This document shows positions 32,315 through 41,733 of a DNA stretch of 41,733 nt, in pieces (positions within the stretch are counted from its first letter, which is position 1; each line of letters begins with the position of its first letter). The stretch lies in NCBI GenBank assembly GCA_001830835.1, contig MICJ01000069.1:1-41733 (forward strand), written 5' to 3'. Under the pieces are notes generated by a model. The model did no database searches, was not told the origin of the DNA, and saw nothing but the letters and a program-made list of their open reading frames with translations. This DNA comes from Syntrophobacterales bacterium GWC2_56_13. GTDB lineage: Bacteria; Desulfobacterota; Syntrophia; Syntrophales; UBA5619. A program made the translations under genes and the position numbers.

Positions 32315-33583
32315 TTACAAACCTTGTTTTAAATTTTTTATGAATTCGTCTTTATTGTCCGGCAGGGCCGTTCCCCTGTAAATGATCTCACCTTTCGCGT
32401 TAATGCCGACGTGATGCGGTATTCCCGTGATGCCGTATTTTCCGGTCGTCACCGTTCCCTCCGTATCCAGAAGTATTCCGTAATCGATCTGATTGGATTC
32501 TTTAAATCGTTCGACAAGTTCTGCTGGTTGTTTGTAATTGATGCTGAGCACAGTGATATTTTCCTTTTGCGCCATTTCGGCGAATTGTTTAATCTCCGGC
32601 ACTTCTTTCACACAACCGACGCACCAGGTCGCGAAGAACACCAGCACGATTCCTTTTTCACCTTTAAAACGGCTTAACGTAACCTGATGAGAGCCGTCCA
32701 GCGAAGCAAGGGTGAAGTCTGGGGCCAGATTTTCTGAACGTTTTTCAATCGCCTGGGGTGGCGATTCCGCCGAAGTGTCCGGCTTTGGTGCTTGCGCTGC
32801 GGGTGAGGACGCACTTGCCAGAAGTCGAGTCAGACTCGGAAAATCAGTATGTTGACCCACGAACACAAATAACAGACTCGCAGTGAGGATGATCAATAAA
32901 GCGAAGCCTTTTTTTACAGCCTCCATCCATACGCCTGCTTTGGGAAGTCTGGAAAGGAAGCCGGTAAAGATGCCCGCCAACAGAATCAGGGCCCCCTGGC
33001 CAAACCCGAAGAGAAAAAGCAGAACGCCACCCTTCACAACCTGCAGGGTGTAATCTATGCCGTGCACATTTTTCAGCGTCAGGGCAATCGCTCCCAACGC
33101 GACAGCCAGGATAGGGCCGGTACAAGGACCGACAATTAAACCGCTGACGCCCCCGATCACGAACGCTCCCGATAGTCCTTTACGGTTTGCCGATTTTGCG
33201 TGGAGCCTGGAGAAAAACCTGGGAGTGGGAAAATGAAACACGTCCAGAAGGAAAAGTCCCATTATTAGGTAATACACGGCGATCGCATAAAGAACCAACC
33301 CATTCCCCATGATCGAGCCGAGCGTCCCTCCCACCGCCGCAACGATACCGCCCAGTATAGCGTAAACCGCCGCCAAGCCAGTCACCAGGGAAAGGCTTAA
33401 AAGAAAAGCTCTCAACCGGTTAGCGCCTGCCTGGTGACCGATATACCCGACCGTCAACGGAAGCACCGGATAGGTGCATGGCGTCACAGAGGCGAAAAGT
33501 CCGCCGCTAAACATCAGGAAATAAAGCCCGACGGTATCTTGTCGAAAAGCTTCTTCCAGGAGATGTTGGATTTGTTCGATCAT
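32315..33583 (-). CDS. CcdA/DsbD-family transmembrane electron transporter fused to a C-terminal TlpA-like thioredoxin domain
   Basis: TPCTYP and GPCTGP TM cysteines; Pro/Ser/Ala linker; APDFTL..FFATWCVGC. Confidence 0.9.
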   Translation of the reverse strand: MIEQIQHLLEEAFRQDTVGLYFLMFSGGLFASVTPCTYPVLPLTVGYIGHQAGANRLRAFLLSLSLVTGLAAVYAILGGIVAAVGGTLGSIMGNGLVLYAIAVYYLIMGLFLLDVFHFPTPRFFSRLHAKSANRKGLSGAFVIGGVSGLIVGPCTGPILAVALGAIALTLKNVHGIDYTLQVVKGGVLLFLFGFGQGALILLAGIFTGFLSRLPKAGVWMEAVKKGFALLIILTASLLFVFVGQHTDFPSLTRLLASASSPAAQAPKPDTSAESPPQAIEKRSENLAPDFTLASLDGSHQVTLSRFKGEKGIVLVFFATWCVGCVKEVPEIKQFAEMAQKENITVLSINYKQPAELVERFKESNQIDYGILLDTEGTVTTGKYGITGIPHHVGINAKGEIIYRGTALPDNKDEFIKNLKQGL

Positions 33584-33764
33584 TTCAAAACTCCAGTAAA
33601 CCCTTTATTGCAAATGACGCCGTTGGACACCCTGCCAGTTATGACCGCCATCACCAGTACCGTGTTCTCTGTCACTCATTAAGAGGTCAGAACCCATCGG
33701 AACAGATGAGTCGGATTTTGGTCATCTGCAATAATACGACAGTTAGGTGAACCTTTATAAGCAC

Positions 33765-34391
33765 TTATTGCCTATTTACTTTTTCAAGGGCCTTTGCGAG
33801 ATCATCAAGGAGCGGCCGTTGATTTATATCATGGACGTCAATATAGGTAATGATGCCCTTCTTGTTGATTACAAACAGGGCTCTCTCAGCTACTCCTTCT
33901 GAACGGAGCACCCCATATTTGGAGGCTACCGCACCATGAGGATAAAAGTCGGAGAGAACAGGAAACCACAATTTTTCATTGGGATTACACATCTGTTTCG
34001 TCCAGGCGTAGAGCGTGGGAATGTTGTCCACCGTAATGCCAAGCAGGATCGCGTCATGTTTATCAAAGAGGTCTTTGGAGATATTGTAGCCCGGCCATTG
34101 GCCAGAGCAAACCGGCGTCCAGGCTGCGGGAACAAAGGAGATGACGACATTCTTCTTGCCCTTGTATTGGCTGAGGGATACCTTGCCGCCCGCAACAGCA
34201 GGAAGGTTAAAATCCGGTGCAACGCCGCCAACTTTTAACTTGGGCAGACTGTCCGTGGGTTTGAGTTTTTCTACCGGATAAATAGATTCCGAAAATCCTC
34301 CTGATTGCCCATAGGCCACGGCAACTCCTGCCACTACCAGAAAAACACTGAGGCACAATAAGTCCATCCACTTCTTTTTCTGTACTCTCAT
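33765..34391 (-). CDS. exported peroxiredoxin (AhpC/TSA family, AhpE-like)
   Basis: hydrophobic N-terminus; PAAWTPVC (PxxxTxxC), LSDF, ERALFVI. Confidence 0.88.
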   Translation of the reverse strand: MRVQKKKWMDLLCLSVFLVVAGVAVAYGQSGGFSESIYPVEKLKPTDSLPKLKVGGVAPDFNLPAVAGGKVSLSQYKGKKNVVISFVPAAWTPVCSGQWPGYNISKDLFDKHDAILLGITVDNIPTLYAWTKQMCNPNEKLWFPVLSDFYPHGAVASKYGVLRSEGVAERALFVINKKGIITYIDVHDINQRPLLDDLAKALEKVNRQ

Positions 34392-34401
34392 TTCTTACCT
34401 C

Positions 34402-35016
34402 CTATTTTAATCCTGACAACTTAATGATCTCCGTCAGAAACTGCTGAGTGTCCTGAAAGCCACCCTCTTCAAAATAGAACCGTTTCTGGGTTCCCTTGCC
34501 GTTCACCTTAATCCCGATATATGTGGGCGTACCTCTAACGCCAAGCATTTTAGAAATTTCCATGTTCTCGTCAGGAATAAGAGGAAATGGCACTTTGTAC
34601 CTCTTCCTGTAAGAGTCGACCTCATAAATACTATTGTTAACGCCGATTCCGATCATCTTTATCTTTTCTTTCATATCAGGGCGTTCTTGTATCTTCTTAT
34701 AGAGTTCGTTTACCTGAGATGCTGTTCGCTGGCAATGGGGGCAATAAAAGCTAAAGACCTCGATGATCAGAACCTGGGCTTTTATTTGTCCTATTTTGAA
34801 ATTTCCGGTCCCGGAAAGTCCCAGGTAACTCTTTTCCCGCTCACTTCCAGGCATGGGAAGCTCGAATACCGGGATGTTCGTATTGTTGCCTGGATCCGAT
34901 TTCACCTGATTACCAAGGACCGTGATAGCTTCAGACCCCAGAGAAGCACTTTCGGACAAAAGCGAGGCAAACAAGATAAACAGAATAAAAACCATCCGTT
35001 TTTTGTTTTTCTCCAT
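34402..35016 (-). CDS. exported TlpA-like thioredoxin (alternative start 35043)
   Basis: signal/TM segment; FSFYCPHC, GVRGTPT. Confidence 0.88.
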   Translation of the reverse strand: MEKNKKRMVFILFILFASLLSESASLGSEAITVLGNQVKSDPGNNTNIPVFELPMPGSEREKSYLGLSGTGNFKIGQIKAQVLIIEVFSFYCPHCQRTASQVNELYKKIQERPDMKEKIKMIGIGVNNSIYEVDSYRKRYKVPFPLIPDENMEISKMLGVRGTPTYIGIKVNGKGTQKRFYFEEGGFQDTQQFLTEIIKLSGLK

Positions 35017-35068
35017 GATGGATTCTCCTTTTAATTTTGACAATAAACAACACCCTTCCTTTAATTAC

Positions 35069-35097
35069 ATAGTAAGTAGCGGATCATCATATGTCAA
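35069..35097 (-). promoter_or_regulatory. sigma70 promoter of the redox operon
   Basis: TTGACA-17 nt-TACTAT. Confidence 0.65.
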
Positions 35098-35154
35098 GAT
35101 TATCTGAATGAAAATTGATCATGATAATGGAGGGGAAGCAAACAACGAATCCCA

Positions 35155-35571
35155 CTAACCGTCAAACTTCGGCAGGGGAATCTTTATGAACTGGACGCCC
35201 TCTTCCAGCAGCATTTCTTCTTCGCTCCGGGTTGTGGTTCCCCTGATATCTCTTCTCTCTTCTTCCCCATGATGAATCCGAAGGGCGACTTCTGTGAACT
35301 TCTCGCCCACGTCATCAAAGTGCTTGTGAATATATTCCTGAAATTCCCGGAGGATCTTGAGAGGAGAAACCTCTGTCTTCGGTTTCTCCGAAACCGAACG
35401 GGCCTCTCGCCCCATGATCGCCACGGAAGAAGGAACCAGTGTCACATCGGCAATCCCGCATACCGGACACGCAATGAGTCTCTCCGCCTTCTGTTCTTCG
35501 AAGGCCCCCCTATCCTTGAACCACCCCTCGAATTTATGGCCGTCCTGGCATCTCAGATCATAGATGATCAC
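35155..35571 (-). CDS. DUF1178 family protein
   Basis: GTG at 35571; IYDLRC..GH.FEGWF, CPVCG, DVG.KF, IRG. Confidence 0.85.
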   Translation of the reverse strand: MIIYDLRCQDGHKFEGWFKDRGAFEEQKAERLIACPVCGIADVTLVPSSVAIMGREARSVSEKPKTEVSPLKILREFQEYIHKHFDDVGEKFTEVALRIHHGEEERRDIRGTTTRSEEEMLLEEGVQFIKIPLPKFDG

Positions 35572-35802
35572 GGTCTTTCTCCCGGAAATCAGTTTCAGGG
35601 GGATTTTACCATGCCGACACACAAAATACAACCCGACTTTCAGTTCTTTTATAGGTCGGGATTGACAACGATGACCAGGCATGTATGGGGCTGTCGCTAT
35701 CAAACGCCCGGCAATGCCGCTCGATACCGGACGACCACCCTCCGCTGGAATTCCACCAAAAAATAGGATAGTCAAGATTTCTTCGGCATCTGAAAAAAAT
35801 GA

Positions 35803-35831
35803 TGGACATTTCATCCCGAATTGGTTATAAA
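35803..35831 (+). promoter_or_regulatory. promoter of tRNA-Pro
   Basis: TGGACA-17 nt-TATAAA, then a GC-rich segment before the tRNA. Confidence 0.55.
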
Positions 35832-35840
35832 GAGCGCCGT

Positions 35841-35917
35841 CGGGATGTGGCCCAGCTTGGTAGGGCACTGCGTTCGGGACGCAGGAGTCGCGCGTTCAAA
35901 TCGCGCCATCCCGACCA
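35841..35917 (+). tRNA. tRNA-Pro (CGG)
   Basis: CTGCG-TTCGGGA-CGCAG arm, GTTCAAAT, CCA end. Confidence 0.96.
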
Positions 35918-35971
35918 TTTTTTTACATGCCCCCTCAGCCCCTCGGCAGGAATCTTGCGTGTTTCATTCTT

Positions 35972-35991
35972 GACGGCTACGTAAAAAGTCC
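35972..35991. repeat. solo end of the CGTAAAAAG-type element
   Basis: GACGGCTACGTAAAAAGTCC, 15/20 identical to 29666-29685. Confidence 0.45.
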
Positions 35992-36042
35992 AAGACCATT
36001 GCCCCTATTAACCTGAGTAGTTACCCTGCCGGATATCCCGAA

Positions 36043-37251
36043 CTATCCGGCGGCCGCGGCCATCTGGAAGATAGGCAGATACATGGCGATGATCATCCCG
36101 CCGACCACGCCTCCCAGAAAAACCATCATGAAGGGTTCCAGCAGGGCCGTCATCGCGCCAACCGCTGCATCCACTTCATCGTCGTAGAAATCGGCGATTT
36201 TGGTGAGCATCGTATCCAGGGCGCCCGTCGCCTCTCCGACGGCGATCATCTGCACCACCATGGCCGGGAAGATGTTCGCTTCCATCAGGGGTTCGGCGAT
36301 TGTCTTCCCTTCGCCGATGCTCTGTCTCGTTTTCACGAGGGCGTTTTCGATGATCTTGTTCCCTGCGGTCCTGCTGACGATTCCGAGTCCTTCCATGATC
36401 GGCACCCCGCTCGACATCATCGTGGAAAGGGTCCTCGTGAACTTGGCCACGGCCACCTTCTTCAACAGAGGGCCAAAAACCGGCGATTTCAGGATGAGGG
36501 CGTCGACGACGAGCTTCCCCTGCTCGGTCTTGTAATACCTTTTAAACCCAAAGAAGAGTGCGACCAGCCCGGCGCCCACATAGAGAAAGTAATGCTGGGC
36601 GAACTGACTGGCATCCACCAGAAACTGGGTTGGCCCGGGCAGGGCGGAGCCCATTCCTTCAAACATCGTCTGGAAGACCGGAATCACTTTCAGCAACAGG
36701 ACGGCCACAACGCCGATGGAGATGACGAGGACGCTGGCCGGATAGGTCATGGCTCCCTTGACCTTGCTTTTGAGTTTCATGGCCTTCTCCATGTAGCCCG
36801 ACAGGCGCTGGAGAATAACGTCCAGGATGCCGCCACTCTCCCCTGCCGCCACCAGATTCACGAAGAGATCATCGAAAACATCAGGATATTTTCTGAGGGC
36901 ATCGGTGAGCGTGGAGCCGCCCTCGATATCTTCCTTGATGGCGCCGATCATCTTGGAAAAAGTCTTGTTCTGCTCCTGTTTCCCGAGCAGATCGAGGCAC
37001 TGGATCAGGGGGAGGCCCGCATTAATCATGGTGGCAAAGATCCGGGCAAAAATCACCACATCCTTCTCCTTGACCTTCTGCTTCAGAAAGGGCAGATACT
37101 CCAGGAGATCCTTCGGTTTCTTCTTGACGCTGATGGATTTATATCCCTGCCGGCGGAGTTGGGCCCGGATGGCTGCTTCATCGGCGCCATCGAGCTCGCC
37201 TTTTCTGGTTTCGCCTTTTCTCGTTTCCGCACTCCAGATGAATATCGGCAT
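36043..37251 (-). CDS. pilC: type IV pilus platform protein (PilC/GspF family)
   Basis: AGESGGILD, AMTYP, VGEATGALD, LLEP, AMYLPIF. Confidence 0.93.
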   Translation of the reverse strand: MPIFIWSAETRKGETRKGELDGADEAAIRAQLRRQGYKSISVKKKPKDLLEYLPFLKQKVKEKDVVIFARIFATMINAGLPLIQCLDLLGKQEQNKTFSKMIGAIKEDIEGGSTLTDALRKYPDVFDDLFVNLVAAGESGGILDVILQRLSGYMEKAMKLKSKVKGAMTYPASVLVISIGVVAVLLLKVIPVFQTMFEGMGSALPGPTQFLVDASQFAQHYFLYVGAGLVALFFGFKRYYKTEQGKLVVDALILKSPVFGPLLKKVAVAKFTRTLSTMMSSGVPIMEGLGIVSRTAGNKIIENALVKTRQSIGEGKTIAEPLMEANIFPAMVVQMIAVGEATGALDTMLTKIADFYDDEVDAAVGAMTALLEPFMMVFLGGVVGGMIIAMYLPIFQMAAAAG

Positions 37252-37253
37252 AA

Positions 37254-37994
37254 CTAAGATCCTTTCCCCCACTTTCTGAGAATCTCATAAAGGATGACCC
37301 CTGTCGCAACCGAAACATTTAGGGAAGCTACCTGTCCCCGCATGGGAATGGAGATCAGGAAATCACACTTCTTCCGGATCAGAGGTCGGATGCCCCGTCC
37401 CTCGCTTCCCATGACGAGACCGATATGACCTTCGTAGTCCGGCGAATGGATATTCAGCTCGGACGAAGCATCGGCGCCATAGATCCAGAATCCTCTCTCT
37501 ATCAGATATTCGATGGTACGAACCAGATTGACCACCATCGCCGTAGGCAGGTACTGAACCGCCCCCGCGGATGCCTTGGCAACGGAAGCGGTCACGGAGG
37601 CGGCCCTGCTTTCCGGGATGATGATACCGTTCGCCCCGCAGCAGTGGGCGGTCCTGACGATCGAACCGAGGTTCTGAGGATCGGTGACACTGTCCAGCAG
37701 GACGACCAAATTGTACTTGGATGCACTGTGACGATTGGCAATGATATCATCGACGGTGGCGTATGCATGTTCATGGCAGAGTCCCACAACCCCCTGGTGG
37801 ACCCCGCGGGGCGCCAGTTTTTCCACCCGGGCCCGCCCGCAGATTTCCACGGGTACCGCGTGTTCCGCGGCGAGTTTCAAGATCTTCTGCACCGCCTCTC
37901 CTTCCCGTCCCTCTGCGACGACAATTTTTTCCAGCATCGCCGGATGGGAAAGAAAAATCTCCAGAAGAGGGTTGATGCCGTAGATCACCTGCAT
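37254..37994 (-). CDS. rlmB: 23S rRNA Gm2251 methyltransferase (SPOUT)
   Basis: ATG at 37994; HQGVV, TDPQNLGSIVRT, GSEGRG, SLNVSVA. Confidence 0.93.
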   Translation of the reverse strand: MQVIYGINPLLEIFLSHPAMLEKIVVAEGREGEAVQKILKLAAEHAVPVEICGRARVEKLAPRGVHQGVVGLCHEHAYATVDDIIANRHSASKYNLVVLLDSVTDPQNLGSIVRTAHCCGANGIIIPESRAASVTASVAKASAGAVQYLPTAMVVNLVRTIEYLIERGFWIYGADASSELNIHSPDYEGHIGLVMGSEGRGIRPLIRKKCDFLISIPMRGQVASLNVSVATGVILYEILRKWGKGS

Positions 37995-38043
37995 AATATC
38001 CCTCCATTTTGGTCGCCCCCGGAAGCAGCCGCCGCGGTAGATG

Positions 38044-38808
38044 CTATCTGCCGTTCCTGGACGCAAGACCCCTGACAATCTCCCCGACGATCTCATCCGC
38101 CTCGCCCGCGGGATCCGCGGCCTGCCGGATCGGCCTCCCCACCACAAGGTAGTCGGCGCCGCAACCTATGGCTTCGCAGGGCGCCACGATCCGCTTCTGA
38201 TCATCGCCCGCCACCTCTTTTTTCGCCCCGCGTATGCCGGGGGTCACGATCACAAACTCCCGGCCGCAGGCCTTCCGGATGGCGGTGGCATCCTCGGCCG
38301 AGGCCACGACCCCCGATACACCGGCATCCTGGGCAAGACGCGCGAGATTGAGCGCCGTCTCCCCGGTTCCCCCGCTGAACCCCATGGTTCTCAGATCGCC
38401 GTCATTCAGACTGGTCAGCACAGTGACCGCCAGGACAATCGGCCCGGGTTTTCCACGCTTTTCGGCAAACCGAAGTACGGCGCTGACCGTCTCCATCATC
38501 ATCCGCCTTCCGCCGAGGGCGTGAAGGTTGAACATGGCCACCCCGAGATCAGCGGCCGCTTCCGCCGCCCGGGCAACCGTATTGGGGATGTCATGGAACT
38601 TCAGATCCAGAAAGACCTTTCCGCCGCGGGAATGAATCTGCCGGACAATCTCAGTACCGTACCGGATAAACGACTCCTTTCCCACCTTGAACAGACCGAC
38701 GTGATCGTACAGACGATCCACCCAGGAAAGCGCATCATCCAGTCCGCCACCGACGTCAAGGGCAAAAATCAATCTTTCCCGCGGAGGTTTATTCGGTGTA
38801 TTCATCAT
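38044..38808 (-). CDS. pyrF: orotidine-5'-phosphate decarboxylase (start uncertain)
   Basis: [31 protein letters not shown]. Confidence 0.97.
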   Translation of the reverse strand: MMNTPNKPPRERLIFALDVGGGLDDALSWVDRLYDHVGLFKVGKESFIRYGTEIVRQIHSRGGKVFLDLKFHDIPNTVARAAEAAADLGVAMFNLHALGGRRMMMETVSAVLRFAEKRGKPGPIVLAVTVLTSLNDGDLRTMGFSGGTGETALNLARLAQDAGVSGVVASAEDATAIRKACGREFVIVTPGIRGAKKEVAGDDQKRIVAPCEAIGCGADYLVVGRPIRQAADPAGEADEIVGEIVRGLASRNGR

Positions 38809-39061
38809 CGCCGATAAACTCGGTATCATCAGGTATTGATTTGAAATTCGCCCTGACCCCCTTCAGAGCATCCGGATGCGCATAACCGACCTTTCCTGCC
38901 GCAATCTCCCTGAGGGCTACCACGATCTCCCGATTGTTTCTCGGATCCGTCAGCGGCTTGGACCCTTTCAGGAGTTGCCGGGTCCGCTGCACAGTGAGCA
39001 AAACGAGGGCAAATCGGTTTTTTGCCATCCGCAAAGAATCTTCCACTGTAATTCTGGCCAT
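38789..39061 (-). CDS. rpoZ: RNA polymerase omega subunit
   Basis: [21 protein letters not shown]; after gmk. Confidence 0.95.
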   Translation of the reverse strand: MARITVEDSLRMAKNRFALVLLTVQRTRQLLKGSKPLTDPRNNREIVVALREIAAGKVGYAHPDALKGVRANFKSIPDDTEFIGDDEYTE

Positions 39062-39164
39062 ACGATATTAACCTCCAAATGATTAAAACCATTCACCTGC
39101 CGGCAATGCCGCCCGGCAGGTTCTCCTTTTCCGATTCCGGCAGCGGGAATATGGCTGCCCGCGC

Positions 39165-39785
39165 CTATTTAAAAAATGCCTCGACCCTTTCCGTGCAGCG
39201 GTCCCGTCGCGATTTTTCAGCGATGTAGACCGCCCGGAACTGGTCGACGGCCTCATCGAGTCTTTCATTGAAAATAATGTAATCGTACCACAGGGCCTCT
39301 CTGATTTCATCCAGAGAAGTCTGGAGGCGGCGTTCCATGACTGCGGCGTTTTCCCCCCTTTTTGCCAGCCTGGACTTCAGGTCGGAAAGCGAAGGGGGCA
39401 AGATAAAGACAGAGACGCTCCGCGGGTAATGTTCACGGATCGCCTTCGCCCCGCGCGGTTCGATGTCCAGGATCAGATCGCACCCCTGCTCAAGAAAGGC
39501 CTTCGTCGCCTTTTTCGATGTCCCGTAGAGCTGCCCGTAATTCTCAACCCATTCGATAAACTCTCCCCGGGCAATCCGCGCCCGGAAATCGTCTTCCGAG
39601 ATGAAGATGTAATCCTTGCCGTTCACCTCGCCGGGACGGGGCAGGCGGGTGGTATAGGAGACCGAAAAACGGAGATCGGGGAACATCCGAAGGATCTTCC
39701 GGCAGATCGACGTCTTCCCCGCACCGGAAGGCGCGGAGACGATCATCAGTAAGCCCGGATGTCCACCCGCTGGAATCTCACTCAA
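39165..39785 (-). CDS. gmk: guanylate kinase (start uncertain; TTG at 39785 assumed)
   Basis: SAPSGAGKT, SVSYTTR.PRPGE, YGTS, FILPPS. Confidence 0.97.
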   Translation of the reverse strand: MSEIPAGGHPGLLMIVSAPSGAGKTSICRKILRMFPDLRFSVSYTTRLPRPGEVNGKDYIFISEDDFRARIARGEFIEWVENYGQLYGTSKKATKAFLEQGCDLILDIEPRGAKAIREHYPRSVSVFILPPSLSDLKSRLAKRGENAAVMERRLQTSLDEIREALWYDYIIFNERLDEAVDQFRAVYIAEKSRRDRCTERVEAFFK

Positions 39786-40662
39786 TATTCTGCACACACT
39801 CCCTCAATTTTGCCAGTTCGCCCTTGACCTCGATGACATTCCGCGATATCTCCGCATCACCGCTTTTGGAACCGATCGTATTGATCTCCCGCCCCATCTC
39901 CTGAATCAGGAAATCGATCTTCCTGCCGGCGGCATCGCCACCGGTAAGCAGGCCGGTGAACTGATCGATATGGCTGCGGAAACGGACGATCTCTTCCGTA
40001 ATGTCGCTCTTCTCCGCCATGATGGCCACTTCCTGAAGCAGACGCGCCTCGTCAATTGCCATCCCGCCCGTCAGTTCCCGGATCCTCTCGACGAGCCGTT
40101 TCTGATATTCCAGAACCACCTGCGGGGTCCTTCCGGCAATCACTTCCAGAAAGCCGGCAATCAGGGAGAGACGCGCCGTCAGATCCCGCTTAAGGCTTTC
40201 CCCTTCCTGCTCCCGCATCTCAGTCAGCATCCGGATCGCCTCATCGAGAACCCGGGACAGCCCATCCCACAGGGTCTCCGGGTCCTGAACCGTTTCCGTG
40301 GTGACAAAGGCGTCCCGGAAACCTGCCATCATGGACAGGCTGATCTCATCGCTGAGCTGCAGCTCTTCCTTCAGCTGGGAAAGGAGGGCATGATAATTGC
40401 GGACCAGAGGCAGGGTCAGGACAAATCGGCCGCCGTTTTCCGTATTCCCGCCGCTATCCACCCGGAAGGTCGCCTCTATCCTCCCCCGGGAAAACTGCTC
40501 CCCAATCCGCTTCTTGATCTCTGTCTCCAGGGGGAGTAAAATCCCCGGCAGACGCAAGGAGGTCTCCAGGTAGCGATGGTTGACGGATTTCATCTCGACC
40601 GTGAATTTTCTGCCTGTCAGGACAGCCTCGGCCCTGCCGTAACCGGTCATGCTTCTGGTCAT
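39778..40662 (-). CDS. yicC: YicC/YloC family endoribonuclease
   Basis: SMTGYGR, KSVNHRY, DITEEIVR, REINTIGSK, QNIE. Confidence 0.95.
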   Translation of the reverse strand: MTRSMTGYGRAEAVLTGRKFTVEMKSVNHRYLETSLRLPGILLPLETEIKKRIGEQFSRGRIEATFRVDSGGNTENGGRFVLTLPLVRNYHALLSQLKEELQLSDEISLSMMAGFRDAFVTTETVQDPETLWDGLSRVLDEAIRMLTEMREQEGESLKRDLTARLSLIAGFLEVIAGRTPQVVLEYQKRLVERIRELTGGMAIDEARLLQEVAIMAEKSDITEEIVRFRSHIDQFTGLLTGGDAAGRKIDFLIQEMGREINTIGSKSGDAEISRNVIEVKGELAKLRECVQNIE

Positions 40663-40675
40663 CGGAAACTCCTCA

Positions 40676-41257
40676 TCAAAATTTTTCTCCGGGAACCGTG
40701 CCCATTCCGGCCGCCAAACCGCCACCTGTCGTCTTCCCCTTGAGCTGCAAAAGATATTTTTCGCGGATACGGGAGAGCATGGCGATGACTTCCCCGCCGG
40801 CGTAATCCGGATAGGTCCAGGGAAGGGGATGGAATGTTTTATCCCGGTAGATCAGGGTCAGATCGGCGTAAATCCCATTCCGGAGATAGGGCCTATGGGT
40901 GTAACCCTTGCCAGTGGCCAGGATCAGATGGGCCTTGGCGAGATAGCCGGGATCGATGTTCACCCTTCTTTGTCCCTCTGCCGATAGCCTGCCCTCCAGA
41001 GCATTCGTCCACTGTTTGATCTCCGGCAGGGACCCGGGCCGGATGAGACGTTCAAAGGCGACAAAACGGCGGATGAGAGAGCCGCCGAATTCCTTAACAT
41101 AATAGTCCGTATAATCAAAAGGCGCCGGGGCGCTGATGAAATCGGCCCTCCCATACCTTTCCGACAGGGTCTGCACCGCGTCGCCGAGCAGGCGGCGATC
41201 CCCGGAAAACAGACTGGCAATCAGCTTGACGGCCTCTGCCGGCTGCGGATCGCTCAT
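40676..41257 (-). CDS. DUF4416 family protein
   Basis: TDYY..E.G, RRVNIDPGY, HR.YL..GIY, PWTYPDY. Confidence 0.8.
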   Translation of the reverse strand: MSDPQPAEAVKLIASLFSGDRRLLGDAVQTLSERYGRADFISAPAPFDYTDYYVKEFGGSLIRRFVAFERLIRPGSLPEIKQWTNALEGRLSAEGQRRVNIDPGYLAKAHLILATGKGYTHRPYLRNGIYADLTLIYRDKTFHPLPWTYPDYAGGEVIAMLSRIREKYLLQLKGKTTGGGLAAGMGTVPGEKF

Positions 41258-41733
41258 AGGACCCTTTTCAGCTCCTCGCGGGTCACGGTTGCCGTGCCCA
41301 CCTTGCCCACCACGATGCCCGCAGCGTGGTTGGCCAGATAGGCCGCCTCCCGGAAAGAGGCGCCCGCAGCCATGCAGAGGGCAAAGACGCCGATGACCGT
41401 ATCGCCGGCGCCGGTCACATCAAAGACCTCCCGCGCCTCGGTCGGAAAAGCCGTGTGTCTCATCCGGCCGTCCTTCTCGAAAAGGCTCAACCCCTCCTCC
41501 CCCCGCGTGACCAGAATAGCCTTGAAATCATATTTTCCCAGTAATTTCATGCCGACCCGCACATGATCGTGATCGTTTTGCATCTCTTCCCCCGCGGCAT
41601 TGCCGGCCTCATGATGATTGGGGGTGATGATATCGAACCCCTGGTACAGGGAAAAATCTCTCTGTTTCGGATCCACGCAGGTGACAATCGACCGGCCGGC
41701 GATCTCTTTCCGTATCCCTTCCAGAAGGGGTCC
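41254..41733 (-). CDS. rfaE1: D-glycero-beta-D-manno-heptose-7-phosphate kinase (PfkB family), 5' end outside the window
   Basis: VDPK, ITPN..EA, VTRGEEG, VFDVTGAGDT, AAGIVVGKVGT. Confidence 0.9.
   Translation of the reverse strand, partial: GPLLEGIRKEIAGRSIVTCVDPKQRDFSLYQGFDIITPNHHEAGNAAGEEMQNDHDHVRVGMKLLGKYDFKAILVTRGEEGLSLFEKDGRMRHTAFPTEAREVFDVTGAGDTVIGVFALCMAAGASFREAAYLANHAAGIVVGKVGTATVTREELKRVL

Noticed and set aside
32315-35016. Selenocysteine recoding in the redox genes
   Set aside because: All catalytic positions are Cys within uninterrupted ORFs; no in-frame TGA
35630-35668. Hairpin AACCCGAC...GTCGGGATTGAC resembling an IS200/IS605 or HEARO-type end
   Set aside because: Weak resemblance; no tnpB/iscB and no second end
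35572-35868. N-terminal extensions in the ORF track (DUF1178, rpoC, rplD, rplE, rlmB, secE, yicC)
   Set aside because: Homology and SD sites point to downstream starts; several extensions overlap other genes or a tRNA

Overview
Core-genome window, probably from a deltaproteobacterium (Syntrophales-like; inferred from gene order and protein style). Positions 230-30662 (minus strand) hold the fused translation/transcription supercluster: tRNA-Thr/Tyr/Gly/Thr, rpmG, tRNA-Trp, secE-nusG-rplKAJL-rpoBC-rpsLG-tuf, then the S10, spc and alpha operons to rplQ. fusA, a second tuf and adk are missing from their usual slots. An apparently AT-richer block (about 30850-35150) follows. It holds a ~305 bp internally deleted IS256-family element whose end builds a near-consensus promoter, a structured non-coding stretch, a secreted hypothetical protein and an exported thiol-redox operon (TlpA, peroxiredoxin, CcdA/DsbD-TlpA fusion). 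The window ends with DUF1178, tRNA-Pro and an rfaE1-DUF4416-yicC-gmk-rpoZ-pyrF-rlmB-pilC operon. Main oddities: (1) ribosomal-operon spacers carry three classes of small palindromic element (a 25-bp perfect palindrome with 7 full, variant or partial copies; inverted heptamer arrays; a CGTAAAAAG-ended MITE-like element); (2) an apparently exact 509-bp tandem duplication of infA-rpmJ-rpsM' breaks inside one palindrome and may be an assembly artefact; (3) RpoB carries Q513R (E. coli numbering) in the rifampicin pocket; (4) EF-Tu has an altered aminoacyl pocket (E215G, N273D) and switch II helix (T93S, Q97H). All comparisons were made by eye and no searches were run.
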